DNA from: a virus
Virus record (IMG/VR): IMGVR_UViG_3300045988_075135
DNA: 57,983 bases
Reading direction: 5' to 3' (one strand)
The notes below the pieces were generated by a model. The model saw nothing but the letters and a program-made list of their open reading frames with translations. It was not told the DNA's origin and made no database searches. This document shows positions 16,764-25,135 of the stretch, piece after piece. The translations under genes and the position numbers were made by a program. Positions within the stretch are counted from its first letter, which is position 1. Each line of letters begins with the position of its first letter.

Positions 16764-16848
16764 ATGTGGGCGCAGGGCGTGAACTCTTGAATGTGGGCGC
16801 GTTTACTGCGAACTCAATATATATGTGGGCTCGCCAAGGCGGGAACTC
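16764..16848 (+). promoter_or_regulatory. Three direct repeats of a bipartite motif ATGTGGGC(G/T)C-N8-10-GAACTC upstream of the scaffold gene
   Basis: Copies at 16764-16786, 16791-16815 and 16823-16848. The last ends 6 nt before the scaffold AAAGGAGG. Confidence 0.4.
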
Positions 16849-16865
16849 AAAAAGGAGGCTATAAT

Positions 16866-17546
16866 ATGCCAGAAGAAACAACGGGCGGTATCACGGCGGC
16901 TGAACAGGGTGCTACTGGCACTGACCAGTCTGCCACGAACAATGCGAACAATGCGGCCAATACCGGGGGTGCAGCCGAAAACACCCAACCGCAGGAAAAC
17001 TCTCATGACGAAACGAGCATTAATGAGCTGGTACAGCGCGCAGTAGACCGTGCCACGAACAAGCTCGGCAACGAAAACAAGAAGCTCCGCGAACAGCTTG
17101 AAACGCTGAAAAAGTCAAAGCTGACCGCAGATGAGGCCGCAGAGTTAGAGCGGCAGGAGCGTGAAGATGCTCTCGCCGAACGCGAAAAGGCGCTTAAAGA
17201 CAAAGAAAACCGCATGTACGCTATCAAGGCCATTAAGGAAGCCGGACTTGACGACGGCAGCTCCGCCTCGCTCGATCTGGTTGAGTTCGTGCTGGCCGAC
17301 GACGAGGACGGCATAAACGACCGCGTGAAGGCATTCGGCTCGCTGGTGCAGCGCTTTGTCAAAGCCGAGGTTGATAAGACCTTCAAGGCCAATGGGCGCA
17401 CACCCGGCGTAGGCAACGCGGCAGGCACAGGCGATAAGGACGAAACGCCCAGCGGCCTTGCGGTTCAGCTCGGCAAGAATGCGGCCAAAGCGAACGAATC
17501 TTTTAAGACAACCCTCGACTACTATTTGGGAGGTAATAAGCGATGA
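16866..17546 (+). CDS. Capsid scaffolding protein (DUF4355-like)
   Basis: ATG 16866 follows AAAAGGAGG. Charged coiled-coil sequence (NKKLREQLETLKKSKLTADEAAELERQEREDALAEREKALKDKEN). Lies directly upstream of the capsid genes. Confidence 0.8.
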   Translation: MPEETTGGITAAEQGATGTDQSATNNANNAANTGGAAENTQPQENSHDETSINELVQRAVDRATNKLGNENKKLREQLETLKKSKLTADEAAELERQEREDALAEREKALKDKENRMYAIKAIKEAGLDDGSSASLDLVEFVLADDEDGINDRVKAFGSLVQRFVKAEVDKTFKANGRTPGVGNAAGTGDKDETPSGLAVQLGKNAAKANESFKTTLDYYLGGNKR

Positions 17547-18106
17547 AGTTTACCAGCAAATCGGTAACGGCTCCTAAGGAAATCCTTTACAACGACCATT
17601 ATGTCGCCATTCCCTACGATTGCAGCGACATAGCGGACAACGGCGGCATTGTACCTGCGGGCACTATCATTCCCTCGAATGACGCAAATGCTATTGGCGT
17701 GCTGCTGAGTGACGTGAAAAAGGCCGACAATCCCAACGGCACGATTGTTATACACGGCTTTATCAAGCAGGAAGCGCTACCGGCGAATCCCTCCAGCGCT
17801 GCCATTACCGCGCTCAAGAGCATCGTGTTCATGGACAAGCACCGCAAGCCCCAGCCGCAGAAGTACAGCGTAACGTATGATCTGAACGGCGCGACCGGTA
17901 CGGCTGTGACTGACGGCAGCTCGCCTTATTCCGCGGGCGCGACTGTGACCGTTAAGGCCGCGCCGACGATAACCACTTATCCGACCGGCACTACACAGTT
18001 TGACAAGTGGAACACGGCGGCGGACGGCTCCGGCACCAGCTATGCGGCCTCGGCCACGTTTACCATTTACGACAACGTTAAGCTGTACGCCATTTACAAG
18101 GCCTAA
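17543..18106 (+). CDS. Putative head decoration/accessory protein with a C-terminal Listeria-Bacteroides (Flg_new) repeat
   Basis: YSVTYDLNGATGTAV...FDKWNTAADGSGTSYAASATFTIYDNVKLYAIYK fits the Flg_new pattern. Lies between scaffold and major capsid. Confidence 0.6.
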   Translation: MKFTSKSVTAPKEILYNDHYVAIPYDCSDIADNGGIVPAGTIIPSNDANAIGVLLSDVKKADNPNGTIVIHGFIKQEALPANPSSAAITALKSIVFMDKHRKPQPQKYSVTYDLNGATGTAVTDGSSPYSAGATVTVKAAPTITTYPTGTTQFDKWNTAADGSGTSYAASATFTIYDNVKLYAIYKA

Positions 18107-18120
18107 GGAGGTAATGAGAA

Positions 18121-19194
18121 ATGAAGCTTACTGACATCTTTACCGCGCAGGCAATCGCGGCCAATTATACCGAGGTGGCGAGCAATGCCATCCCCTACCT
18201 CGGCACGGGTTTCTTCCCGTCCCAGAAGAAAGCCGGTCTTGACCTGAAATGGATTAAGGGTCACAAGGGCCTGCCCGTTTCCCTGATGCCCAGCAACTTT
18301 GACGCTAAGTCCACATTCCGCGACCGCGTGGGCATTTCCATTTCGGAAACCGAGATGGCGTTCTTCCGTGAATCCATGCTGGTGAAGGAAGCGGATGAGC
18401 AGGAAATCATGCGCATACAGGATTCCAACGACCCGTATGCGGCGACCGTCTTGCAGAACATTTTCGACGACGCACGCACGCTTATCGACGGCGCGAACGT
18501 GGTGCCTGAGCGCATGATAATGCAGCTCCTTGCCCCGCTCGGCGGCGAAATGGGCATTGAAGTGCAGGCCAACAACGTGAGCTATAAGTACAACTACGAC
18601 CCGGACGGCAGTTGGAAGGCCGACCATTACATGTCCATCGAGGACACCGCGGACATGTGGAACGCCTCCGCTACCTGTGACCCGCTCGCCGATCTGGAAG
18701 CGGCGCTCGACGCGCAGGAGGCCAAGAGCGGCAACCGCCCGGAAATCCTGCTCATGTCCAAGCCGACCTTCAAGCTTATTAAGGACAGCGCCAAGGTGCG
18801 CTCCGGCGTGCTGGCGCAGAACGTGACGGCCAACGTCAACTACACCACCGCCCGCGTTCAGGCCTTCGTGGAGGAGGAGCTGAACGTGCGCATAGTCACG
18901 TACACCAAGAAGTTCAAGAAGGAGGACGGCACCGAGGCGAGCTTCTACCCGGACAACATCGTCATGATGCTGCCTAACGGCGCGCTGGGCCGCACATGGT
19001 ACGGCACCACGCCCGAGGAACGCACGCTGTCCAGCAAGGCGGGCGCGAACGTGTCCATCGTCAATACCGGCGTGGCCGTGGCCGTGACCATCACCGACGA
19101 CCCGGTAAACACCAAGACTACCGTTTCCGAGATTGTACTGCCGTCCTTCGAGCGCATGGATGAATGCTATGCGCTACAGGTGGTTTCGGAGTAA
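18121..19194 (+). CDS. Major capsid protein (phage capsid protein E family)
   Basis: 357 aa. MKLTDIFTAQAIAANYTE...LGTGFFPSQKKAGLDLKWIKGHKGLPVSLMPSNFDAKSTFRDR. Canonical position. Confidence 0.9.
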   Translation: MKLTDIFTAQAIAANYTEVASNAIPYLGTGFFPSQKKAGLDLKWIKGHKGLPVSLMPSNFDAKSTFRDRVGISISETEMAFFRESMLVKEADEQEIMRIQDSNDPYAATVLQNIFDDARTLIDGANVVPERMIMQLLAPLGGEMGIEVQANNVSYKYNYDPDGSWKADHYMSIEDTADMWNASATCDPLADLEAALDAQEAKSGNRPEILLMSKPTFKLIKDSAKVRSGVLAQNVTANVNYTTARVQAFVEEELNVRIVTYTKKFKKEDGTEASFYPDNIVMMLPNGALGRTWYGTTPEERTLSSKAGANVSIVNTGVAVAVTITDDPVNTKTTVSEIVLPSFERMDECYALQVVSE

Positions 19195-19217
19195 AAAACC
19201 CATCGGGAGTGAGCTAA

Positions 19218-19364
19218 ATGGCAAAGACATATGACCACGCGGTAAAGTTCGGGGGTAAAATCTATCCCCCGAACACTCCCATTGTGGAGAAGAAAGCCGC
19301 ACCTGCGCAAGCGCAGGAAAAACCGCGCAAGCCTACGAAGGGACGCGGAAAGGGTGAGGCGTAA
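19218..19364 (+). CDS. Small basic ORF (48 aa)
   Basis: ATG 19218. The stop overlaps the next ATG (TAATG). Sequence MAKTYDHAVKFGGKIYPPNTPIVEKKAAPAQAQEKPRKPTKGRGKGEA. Confidence 0.4.
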   Translation: MAKTYDHAVKFGGKIYPPNTPIVEKKAAPAQAQEKPRKPTKGRGKGEA

Positions 19365-19717
19365 TGACTGCGGCTGAACTGATTTCAGCGGGCATACCCA
19401 TTGCGGAGGGTGACGCCATAGCCGCGCTGAGGGCTGAGGCTGCGCTTGACTGGCTGGCCGAATACACCACGCTGCAATTCGACAAGGCGCATCCGGAGAC
19501 CATTGCCGCGCTGCCAGCCTGCGCGAAAATATTCATCCTGAAATACAGCGAGGTTATGAAGCGCAAGAGCGGGCTGGTAAGCCAAAGCATTGAGGGCATG
19601 AGCATGTCGTTTGGCAGCGACAGCTCATTTGCAGGTAACATATGGCAGTTGGCAAACGGGCTGCTGGGCGGTTACATCTCGCAGGTGCGCGTATTTCCTG
19701 CGCGGAAAAAGTGGTGA
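19364..19717 (+). CDS. Head-tail connector/adaptor protein (gp6-like)
   Basis: 117 aa immediately after the capsid gene. Resembles Phage_connect_1-type adaptors (AEAALDWLAEYT...). Confidence 0.7.
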   Translation: MTAAELISAGIPIAEGDAIAALRAEAALDWLAEYTTLQFDKAHPETIAALPACAKIFILKYSEVMKRKSGLVSQSIEGMSMSFGSDSSFAGNIWQLANGLLGGYISQVRVFPARKKW

Positions 19718-19729
19718 AAAAAAGAAGGG

Positions 19730-19918
19730 CTATTCGCCCTCCTTGTCTCGTTCTATGGCTTCGTTGATGGCACGGTTAATGAATCCGTTCACGCTCTCGC
19801 CTTTCGCTTCTGCGTGTGCCTGAATCAAATCTTTCCGGCCTTTCGGCACGGTCAGGTTTATTCGGTCGTATGTTCTAGCGATGTACTTGTTTTGCCATTC
19901 TGCCTTGCGATTTGCCAA
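19730..19918 (-). CDS. Ribbon-helix-helix (Arc/CopG-type) repressor, paralog 1
   Basis: TTG start with an AAGGAGGG SD. YDRINLTVPKGRKDLIQAHAEAKGESVNGFINRAINEAI reads as a beta-strand plus two helices. Confidence 0.8.
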   Translation of the reverse strand: MANRKAEWQNKYIARTYDRINLTVPKGRKDLIQAHAEAKGESVNGFINRAINEAIERDKEGE

Positions 19919-19959
19919 TGGATTCCCTCCTTCCTTGTATTATTATAGCACCGTTCGCC

Positions 19960-20040
19960 ACGTTGCACAACGTATAGAAAGCAACAAAATACGTTGCGCA
20001 ACGTCGTGCAATCCGTCAATAGAAATACGTTGCGCAACGT
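19960..20040. promoter_or_regulatory. Divergent control region with three copies of the dyad ACGTTGCGCAACGT
   Basis: O1 at 19960-19973 (ACGTTGCACAACGT), O2 at 19991-20004, O3 at 20027-20040. TATAAT at 20043-20048 (+) and its reverse complement at 19942-19947 (-). Confidence 0.6.
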
Positions 20041-20080
20041 GCTATAATATAGCCATCAACTACCGCAAGGAGGCATGGCT

Positions 20081-20212
20081 ATGAAGGAAGTTAGAATGGA
20101 ACTGGTACGGTATATCGACAAGATGGACGAGTGTACGCTTCGGCTGATGCTGGGATTTGTAAAGACGCTTTGCGCAGACGATAAAGCGGAGGTCAAAGAT
20201 GAGGCTTGTTGA
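20081..20212 (+). CDS. Leader-like 43-aa ORF, family member 1
   Basis: AAGGAGG SD. MKEVRMELVRYIDKMDECTLRLMLGFVKTLCADDKAEVKDEAC. Overlaps the next ATG by 14 nt. Conserved in 4 copies. Confidence 0.5.
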   Translation: MKEVRMELVRYIDKMDECTLRLMLGFVKTLCADDKAEVKDEAC

Positions 20213-20810
20213 TTTGACCGGGCAAAGGTTCGGGCGGCTGACCGTTATCGAAAGAGCGCCTAACGTAGGACGCAAGACAATGTGGAAGTGCAAATGCGAT
20301 TGCGGCAATTACACTGTTGTTGGGCAAACCGATTTGCATTCTCAAAGAACAAAGTCATGCGGGTGCATGTTTAAGGAGCAACTGGCTGAACGCAATACAA
20401 AGCATGGCCTTAGCAATACTAGGCTGTGCAGTATTTGGCGGGCGATGAAAGGCCGGTGCGACAATCCTAATAATCGAGCGTATAAGAACTATGGTGGTCG
20501 CGGGATTAAGGTATGCGCTGAGTGGGAAAATGATTTGCAGGCATTTTATTCCTGGGCTATCAGCAACGGCTATACGGATGAGCTTTCCATAGACCGTATA
20601 GATGTAAATGGCAACTACTGCCCAGAAAATTGCCGATGGGCAAGCAAGAATGTGCAGGCGAACAACACAAGAGCCAATCGCTATTTGGAATACAACGGCA
20701 AGCGTCAAACAATAGCACAGTGGGGCGCGGAAACCGGTGTACGGCCGGCGACGATTCGTAGGCGCTTGGAATTAGGATGGACAATCGAAAATGCCTTAAA
20801 GACACCTTAA
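20199..20810 (+). CDS. HNH-like (His-less) putative homing endonuclease / DNA-binding protein, paralog 1
   Basis: LTGQRFGRLTV, cysteine cluster WKCKCDCG...SCGC, YGGRGIKVCAEW, and SIDRIDVNGNYCPENCRWASKNVQANN (compare HNH_3 VDHKDGDRQNN..NLRW). HTH-like C-terminus. Confidence 0.7.
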   Translation: MRLVDLTGQRFGRLTVIERAPNVGRKTMWKCKCDCGNYTVVGQTDLHSQRTKSCGCMFKEQLAERNTKHGLSNTRLCSIWRAMKGRCDNPNNRAYKNYGGRGIKVCAEWENDLQAFYSWAISNGYTDELSIDRIDVNGNYCPENCRWASKNVQANNTRANRYLEYNGKRQTIAQWGAETGVRPATIRRRLELGWTIENALKTP

Positions 20811-20824
20811 TCGGTGTCTTTTTT
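20799..20824 (+). terminator. Intrinsic terminator with the gene's stop codon in the loop
   Basis: aagacacc-ttaatc-ggtgtctt followed by tttt. TAA at 20808-20810 lies in the loop. Confidence 0.7.
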
Positions 20825-20848
20825 AATTGAAAGGTGGTGATGCGACAT

Positions 20849-21357
20849 ATGAGTGTAAAGTATACCACAAAAAAAGATGGCTTCCCCAAGATGCAGAAAC
20901 AGCTTGGAGTGCTGAGCGGAGAAGGTATCGAAGTAGGCGTACTAAAAGGCGAATCGGCATGGTTCGCCTCGATACACGAATATGGTTAGGCTGTGACATT
21001 CCCGTCACCAAGAAAATGCGCAAGTATCTGGCGGCGCGCGGGCTGTACCTGAGCAAGAATACCACGCACATCCACATTCCGGAGCGCTCCTTCCTGCGAA
21101 CCGGCTATGACCAGAATATCGACGACGTTAAGAAAAAGGCGGCGCTGCTGGTAGGCGAAGTCGCCAAAGGGCATATGACGGCGCGCGGGTGTATGCAGGC
21201 CGTGGGTATGGATTTGGCGAGCAAGATAAAGGATTATGCGCGCGATCTGGACAGCCCGCCGAACCATCCGTTTACGGTCGAGCAGAAAGGCTCAAGCAAT
21301 CCGCTGGTTGATACCGGCGATATGATAGGCGGCATTAGCTGGAGGGAAGCGAAATGA
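20849..21357 (+). CDS. HK97 gp10-family tail-completion protein, interrupted by an in-frame TAG at 20987 and continuing in the -1 frame
   Basis: Frame A is MSVKYTTKKDGFPKMQKQLGVLSGEGIEVGVLKGESAWFASIHEYG*. The -1 frame continues (L)GCDIPVTKKMRKYLAARGLYLSKNTTHIHIPERSFLRTGYD.... Together they look like one gp10-like protein. Confidence 0.6.
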
Positions 21358-21719
21358 GCAGACAATATTTCGATTTTGACAGCCTGATTGAAGATTTCGC
21401 CAATCCGTTCACCGTGATAACCCACACAGACGGCGCTTATGACAGTAGCGGCGACTGGCGAGAGGGCACCGAAACGCGCACGGAATACACCGGCGCGATT
21501 ATCGCCTTCAAGGAAAGCAAGGTATTCCGCTCCGAGGGCGCAATCACGGCCAAGGACAGGCGGCTGTTCATGCGTAAGAAGCTCCCTGACGCGCTTATTG
21601 GTGCCAAAGTGGAGTACGGCGGACAAACGTACATGATTGAAAGCGAGCTGGAGAACGCCGAGTTTACCGGTGTGTACAGCTACATGCTAAGGTGGGTGAG
21701 CGCGTTTGATACCGTATAG
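21354..21719 (+). CDS. Neck / head-tail joining protein (family not assigned)
   Basis: 121 aa, coupled to the upstream gene (ATGA), within the neck module. Confidence 0.55.
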   Translation: MSRQYFDFDSLIEDFANPFTVITHTDGAYDSSGDWREGTETRTEYTGAIIAFKESKVFRSEGAITAKDRRLFMRKKLPDALIGAKVEYGGQTYMIESELENAEFTGVYSYMLRWVSAFDTV

Positions 21720-22188
21720 CAAGATGCGCGCGGCCATTGCCGGGGGGCTTAAAGACTACCTCGGCGTGCCTGTCATTCGCGGCAATCAGACCGCGCCGCG
21801 CCCGCCCTACCCTTTCGTGGCGTACAACGTGACGACCATCGCCGGGCAAAATGGCGGCTCGTGGCAGGAGCATGAGGACGCGGACCGCAAGCTGGTGCGC
21901 AGCATATGGAGCATAACGGCTCTGTCCAAGGACTGGGACGAGAGCGTCAATCTGGCAGTCAAGGCGCGGCAGTGGTTTGAACATACTGGCCGCGCGGCGC
22001 TGTCCGATCAGGGCTTTACCGTACAGTCAACGACCGACATAACCAACCGTGACAACATACTGACCGTCGAATATGAGCGCATGAACGGCTTCGACGTGTT
22101 CTTCTACGTCTACGATGAAGCGGAGCGCATATCCGACATAAACGGCCATATCGAAACGGCTGATATAACAAGGGAAGAAACGAATTGA
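21706..22188 (+). CDS. Putative tail terminator / neck protein
   Basis: 160 aa directly upstream of the sheath-like gene. TTG 21706 or ATG 21724. Confidence 0.55.
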   Translation: MIPYSKMRAAIAGGLKDYLGVPVIRGNQTAPRPPYPFVAYNVTTIAGQNGGSWQEHEDADRKLVRSIWSITALSKDWDESVNLAVKARQWFEHTGRAALSDQGFTVQSTTDITNRDNILTVEYERMNGFDVFFYVYDEAERISDINGHIETADITREETN

Positions 22189-22207
22189 CCCAAAGGAGGA
22201 ATTGACT

Positions 22208-23215
22208 ATGGCTTTTGACGTAAAAGTCAACATTGACCTGTCCAAACCCGTGGGCTCGGTGGGCTTTGGCATACCGCTGATACTCGTCGAAAATGCCTCT
22301 GCTGCTGTCGCCTACACCGAGGTATCGAGCATGGCGGAGGTCATAACCGCGGGCTTTGCCGCCACGACCGACACATACAAGGCGGTACAGCTCATGTTTG
22401 CGCAGCAGCACGCGCCGAAGTCGGTTGCGGTCTGCGCCGTAACCGGGGACGCGCCTACTGCCCTAGCGGACGACATACTTATCGCCAAAGAGTGGAGGCA
22501 GCTCATCGTGCTTAACGATGGCGACACTGCCAGCACTGTGACGGCAATCAGCACGGCGGTTGAGGCGCTGGACGGCAAGCTGTACTTCGCGGGCCTTGAG
22601 ACCGACGACAGCACCAGCATTACCGTGTCCGGCCTGCGCCGCACGATACTGTTCTACTGCGATAAGACAGACAGCGTGCCGGTGCCCGTGGCCGCGTTTG
22701 TGGGCGAATCCTGCGGTCGCGAGGCGGGCAGCTTTACTTACAAGAACATGACCCTTACCGGTGTGGCTGCGCAGGCGCTCACCGACGCCCAGATCAACGC
22801 CATACATGCCAAGGGCGGCATTACGTTCATCGCCAAAGCTGGCGACAACGTTACTTCCGAAGGCAAGGTTGCCGGGGGCGAGTACATCGACATCATCGAC
22901 AGCGAGGACTACATCGTCCAGCAGCTCGCGTACAAGACGCAGAAGCTGCTTAACGGGGCGGCCAAAGTGCCTTACGACAACAACGGCATTGCCATGTTGG
23001 AAAGCGTGGCCGTTGACGTGCTACAGGGCGCGTACAACAACGGCATGATTGATACCAACGAGGACGGTACACCCGCCTATACCGTGGCTTACGCACTGCG
23101 TGCGGACACTACGGCAGACGACCGCTCCAACCGCAAGTATCTGGGCGGCAAGTTCAGCTTCGCGCTGGCCTGCGCCATACATCAGGTGGAGATTACCGGC
23201 AGCATTAACGTTTAA
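22208..23215 (+). CDS. Putative tail sheath protein (DUF3383-like)
   Basis: ATG follows AAGGAGGA. 335 aa, lying between the neck genes and the tube/chaperone/tape-measure genes. Family assignment is from memory. Confidence 0.55.
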   Translation: MAFDVKVNIDLSKPVGSVGFGIPLILVENASAAVAYTEVSSMAEVITAGFAATTDTYKAVQLMFAQQHAPKSVAVCAVTGDAPTALADDILIAKEWRQLIVLNDGDTASTVTAISTAVEALDGKLYFAGLETDDSTSITVSGLRRTILFYCDKTDSVPVPVAAFVGESCGREAGSFTYKNMTLTGVAAQALTDAQINAIHAKGGITFIAKAGDNVTSEGKVAGGEYIDIIDSEDYIVQQLAYKTQKLLNGAAKVPYDNNGIAMLESVAVDVLQGAYNNGMIDTNEDGTPAYTVAYALRADTTADDRSNRKYLGGKFSFALACAIHQVEITGSINV

Positions 23216-23229
23216 GGGAGGGAAAACGC

Positions 23230-23628
23230 ATGAGTGTTTATACCTATGACGCCAAAGACACCTCGGTCGTCGTGGACGGCACCTACATTACCGGTCTGGG
23301 CGAGGACATGATTTCCGTCGAGAAGGAGGAGGATTTCTTCACTCCTTCCGTCGGCGCGCAGGGCGACATTGTAAAGTCGCAGATCAACAACAGCCTCGGC
23401 ACCATGACCATTACCATTCAGCCTACCAGCCCGCAAAAGAAGTACCTGCTTAGCCTTGCCAAGCGCACTGAGCCGTTCCCGCTGTGGGCGGTAAACAAGA
23501 AGCTGGGCGAGCGCATAGGCGGTACTATGGCCAACCTCAAAACCATGCCCGAGTTCTCCCGCGGCGCGGAGGCCGAGGACATGGAGCTGGAGTTCCAGAT
23601 TTTCGACCTGACTATTGACGCGGGCTAA
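23230..23628 (+). CDS. Putative tail tube protein (DUF3277-like)
   Basis: 132 aa following the sheath-like gene and followed by a terminator and the chaperone gene. Confidence 0.55.
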   Translation: MSVYTYDAKDTSVVVDGTYITGLGEDMISVEKEEDFFTPSVGAQGDIVKSQINNSLGTMTITIQPTSPQKKYLLSLAKRTEPFPLWAVNKKLGERIGGTMANLKTMPEFSRGAEAEDMELEFQIFDLTIDAG

Positions 23629-23652
23629 AAGGGGTCGATTCAGACAGGCTTA

Positions 23653-23680
23653 GGGAGCGGGATCCGCTCCCCTTTTCTTT
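23653..23680 (+). terminator. Intrinsic terminator/attenuator after the tube gene
   Basis: gggagcgg-gat-ccgctccc followed by cttttcttt. Confidence 0.5.
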
Positions 23681-23704
23681 ATCAAAAATTAGGAGGATAA
23701 GAAG

Positions 23705-24016
23705 ATGGCAAACAAATTCTACACGGTCAAAAAGACGATAAACGGCAAGGAATACACGGCGCAGTTCTCCGGCATTTCGACGGCGCTTAAGGCGGTTGAC
23801 GCCAGCTACATTGACGGAACCAGCAATACCAGCGTTGAGCTGCTGAGCAAGTATCTTTTCGACAACATCATCGTTGAGCCGAAGGGCCTGACTGCCGACG
23901 ACTTCGACAGCATGGACGAGTTCAACGAGGTCGTTTCCTTCGCCCGCAAGGTCATGCAGGGCGAATTTCGAGAAGCATCTGAGCAGGGCGCAACTGAAAC
24001 AAAGGGCAAAAAGTAA
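23705..24016 (+). CDS. Tail assembly chaperone (G-like, XkdN-like)
   Basis: 103 aa directly upstream of the tape measure gene. Ends ...GGC AAA AAG TAA. Confidence 0.7.
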   Translation: MANKFYTVKKTINGKEYTAQFSGISTALKAVDASYIDGTSNTSVELLSKYLFDNIIVEPKGLTADDFDSMDEFNEVVSFARKVMQGEFREASEQGATETKGKK

Positions 24017-24173
24017 CTGGGCGCTCTGGCGCCTCGTATTGTCTGACCGCGGATTTGACTATAAGACAGTGTTCGGGCGGCCTATGATGACGCCGCAGGA
24101 CGTGGCTGAGGCAAACTACGCGCTGGACATGCAGATCGAGGCGGAAAAACGCGCGGCCAAGAAGAAACGCTGA
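24009..24173 (+). CDS. Frameshift extension of the tail assembly chaperone (T-like part)
   Basis: The +1 (equivalently -2) frame reads ...KSNWALWRLVLSDRGFDYKTVFGRPMMTPQDVAEANYALDMQIEAEKRAAKKKR*. It has no start codon of its own. The A-run GGCAAAAAG lies at the junction. Confidence 0.5.
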   Translation, partial: KSNWALWRLVLSDRGFDYKTVFGRPMMTPQDVAEANYALDMQIEAEKRAAKKKR

Positions 24174-24220
24174 CGCCATGCCAGCGCTTCTTTTTTTGTC
24201 CGCGGAAAGGAGGCGCTTAA

Positions 24221-25135
24221 ATGGCTACAATTCGTGAGGATGTCGTCAAAATCGGGTTTGACATCGATATGGGCGACCTGAACAAGCTGACCGACGAGCT
24301 TGACGGCCTCAAGAAATCGGTAAGCGGCGGCATAGGCGACGACGCCCTTGACGAGCTGGTCAAGGACACGAAAAAAGCGGCGGACGGGCTGGACGACGTG
24401 AAGGACAGCGTCAAGGGCATAAAGCCGGACGGCATTGACGATACCACCGACGGCCTCAAGGAAACCAGTACCGAGGCGCAGAAGGCGCACGGCAAGCTCA
24501 AAAAGCTAGGTGAAACCAGCATGAACAAGGCCGTGTCCGGTGTTAAAAAGCTGGCCAGCGGGCTGGGCAAGGTTGCCATAGCAGCGGGCAAGGCCGTGGC
24601 AAAGGCTATGGCACTGGCGGCCACGGGCGTTGGCGCAATGGTTACTATGGCCGTAAAGAGCTATGCGGACTATGAGCAGTTGACCGGCGGCGTGGACACA
24701 TTGTTCGGCGGCAGTCAAAGCATAGAGGACTACACCAAATCCATAAGCAAATCGACCAGCGCCATTAAGGAGTTCCAGAAGGCAAACGGGCTTGCCGTCG
24801 ATGGAATTATCGGCCCGAAAACGCGGGCGGCCATCGAGGAAAGTTACAGCAAAATCGGCTCGGCATCGGAAATAGTGCAGAAAAACGCGGCGCAGGCTTA
24901 CAAGACTGCGGGACTATCTGCCAATGACTACATGGAGACCGTTACGTCGTTTTCCGCGAGCCTGATAAGCAGTCTCGGCGGCGACACGGTAAAGGCCGCG
25001 AATTACGCGGACATGGCTATAACGGATATGTCCGACAACGCAAACAAGATGGGCACGGACATGGGTTCCATTCAGGATGCCTATCAGGGGTTTGCAAAGC
25101 AAAACTATACGATGCTCGACAACTTGAAGCTCGGT
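24221..25135 (+). CDS. Tape measure protein, exon 1 (305 codons)
   Basis: The ORF loses TMP-like sequence right after ...QGFAKQNYTMLDNLKLG. The P1 pairing defines the 5' splice site after T25135. Confidence 0.85.

Larger units (their letters stand above)
19718..20828. mobile_element. Cassette 1: RHH repressor / operators / leader ORF / HNH-like protein, inserted between the adaptor and gp10-like genes
   Basis: Same architecture and partly near-identical DNA as 29295-30410 and 31616-32740. Starts within 3 nt of the upstream stop codon and carries its own terminators at both ends. Confidence 0.5.

Noticed and set aside
20049-20082. Inverted repeat atagccat/atggctat around the leader SD, considered as an RBS-sequestering hairpin.
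   Set aside because: The 5' arm overlaps or immediately follows the -10 box. It is therefore probably upstream of, or at, the transcription start and not fully present in the mRNA. It is only weakly conserved in cassette 2.
20987-20989. TAG stop-codon reassignment (code-15-like recoding) or a phage suppressor tRNA as the explanation for the in-frame TAGs at 20987 and 32950.
   Set aside because: Reading through TAG in the same frame gives unrelated sequence and soon hits another stop. Homology continues only in the -1 frame. The only tRNA has anticodon UGU, not CUA. TAG is also used as a normal stop (for example terS, terL and the RHH genes).
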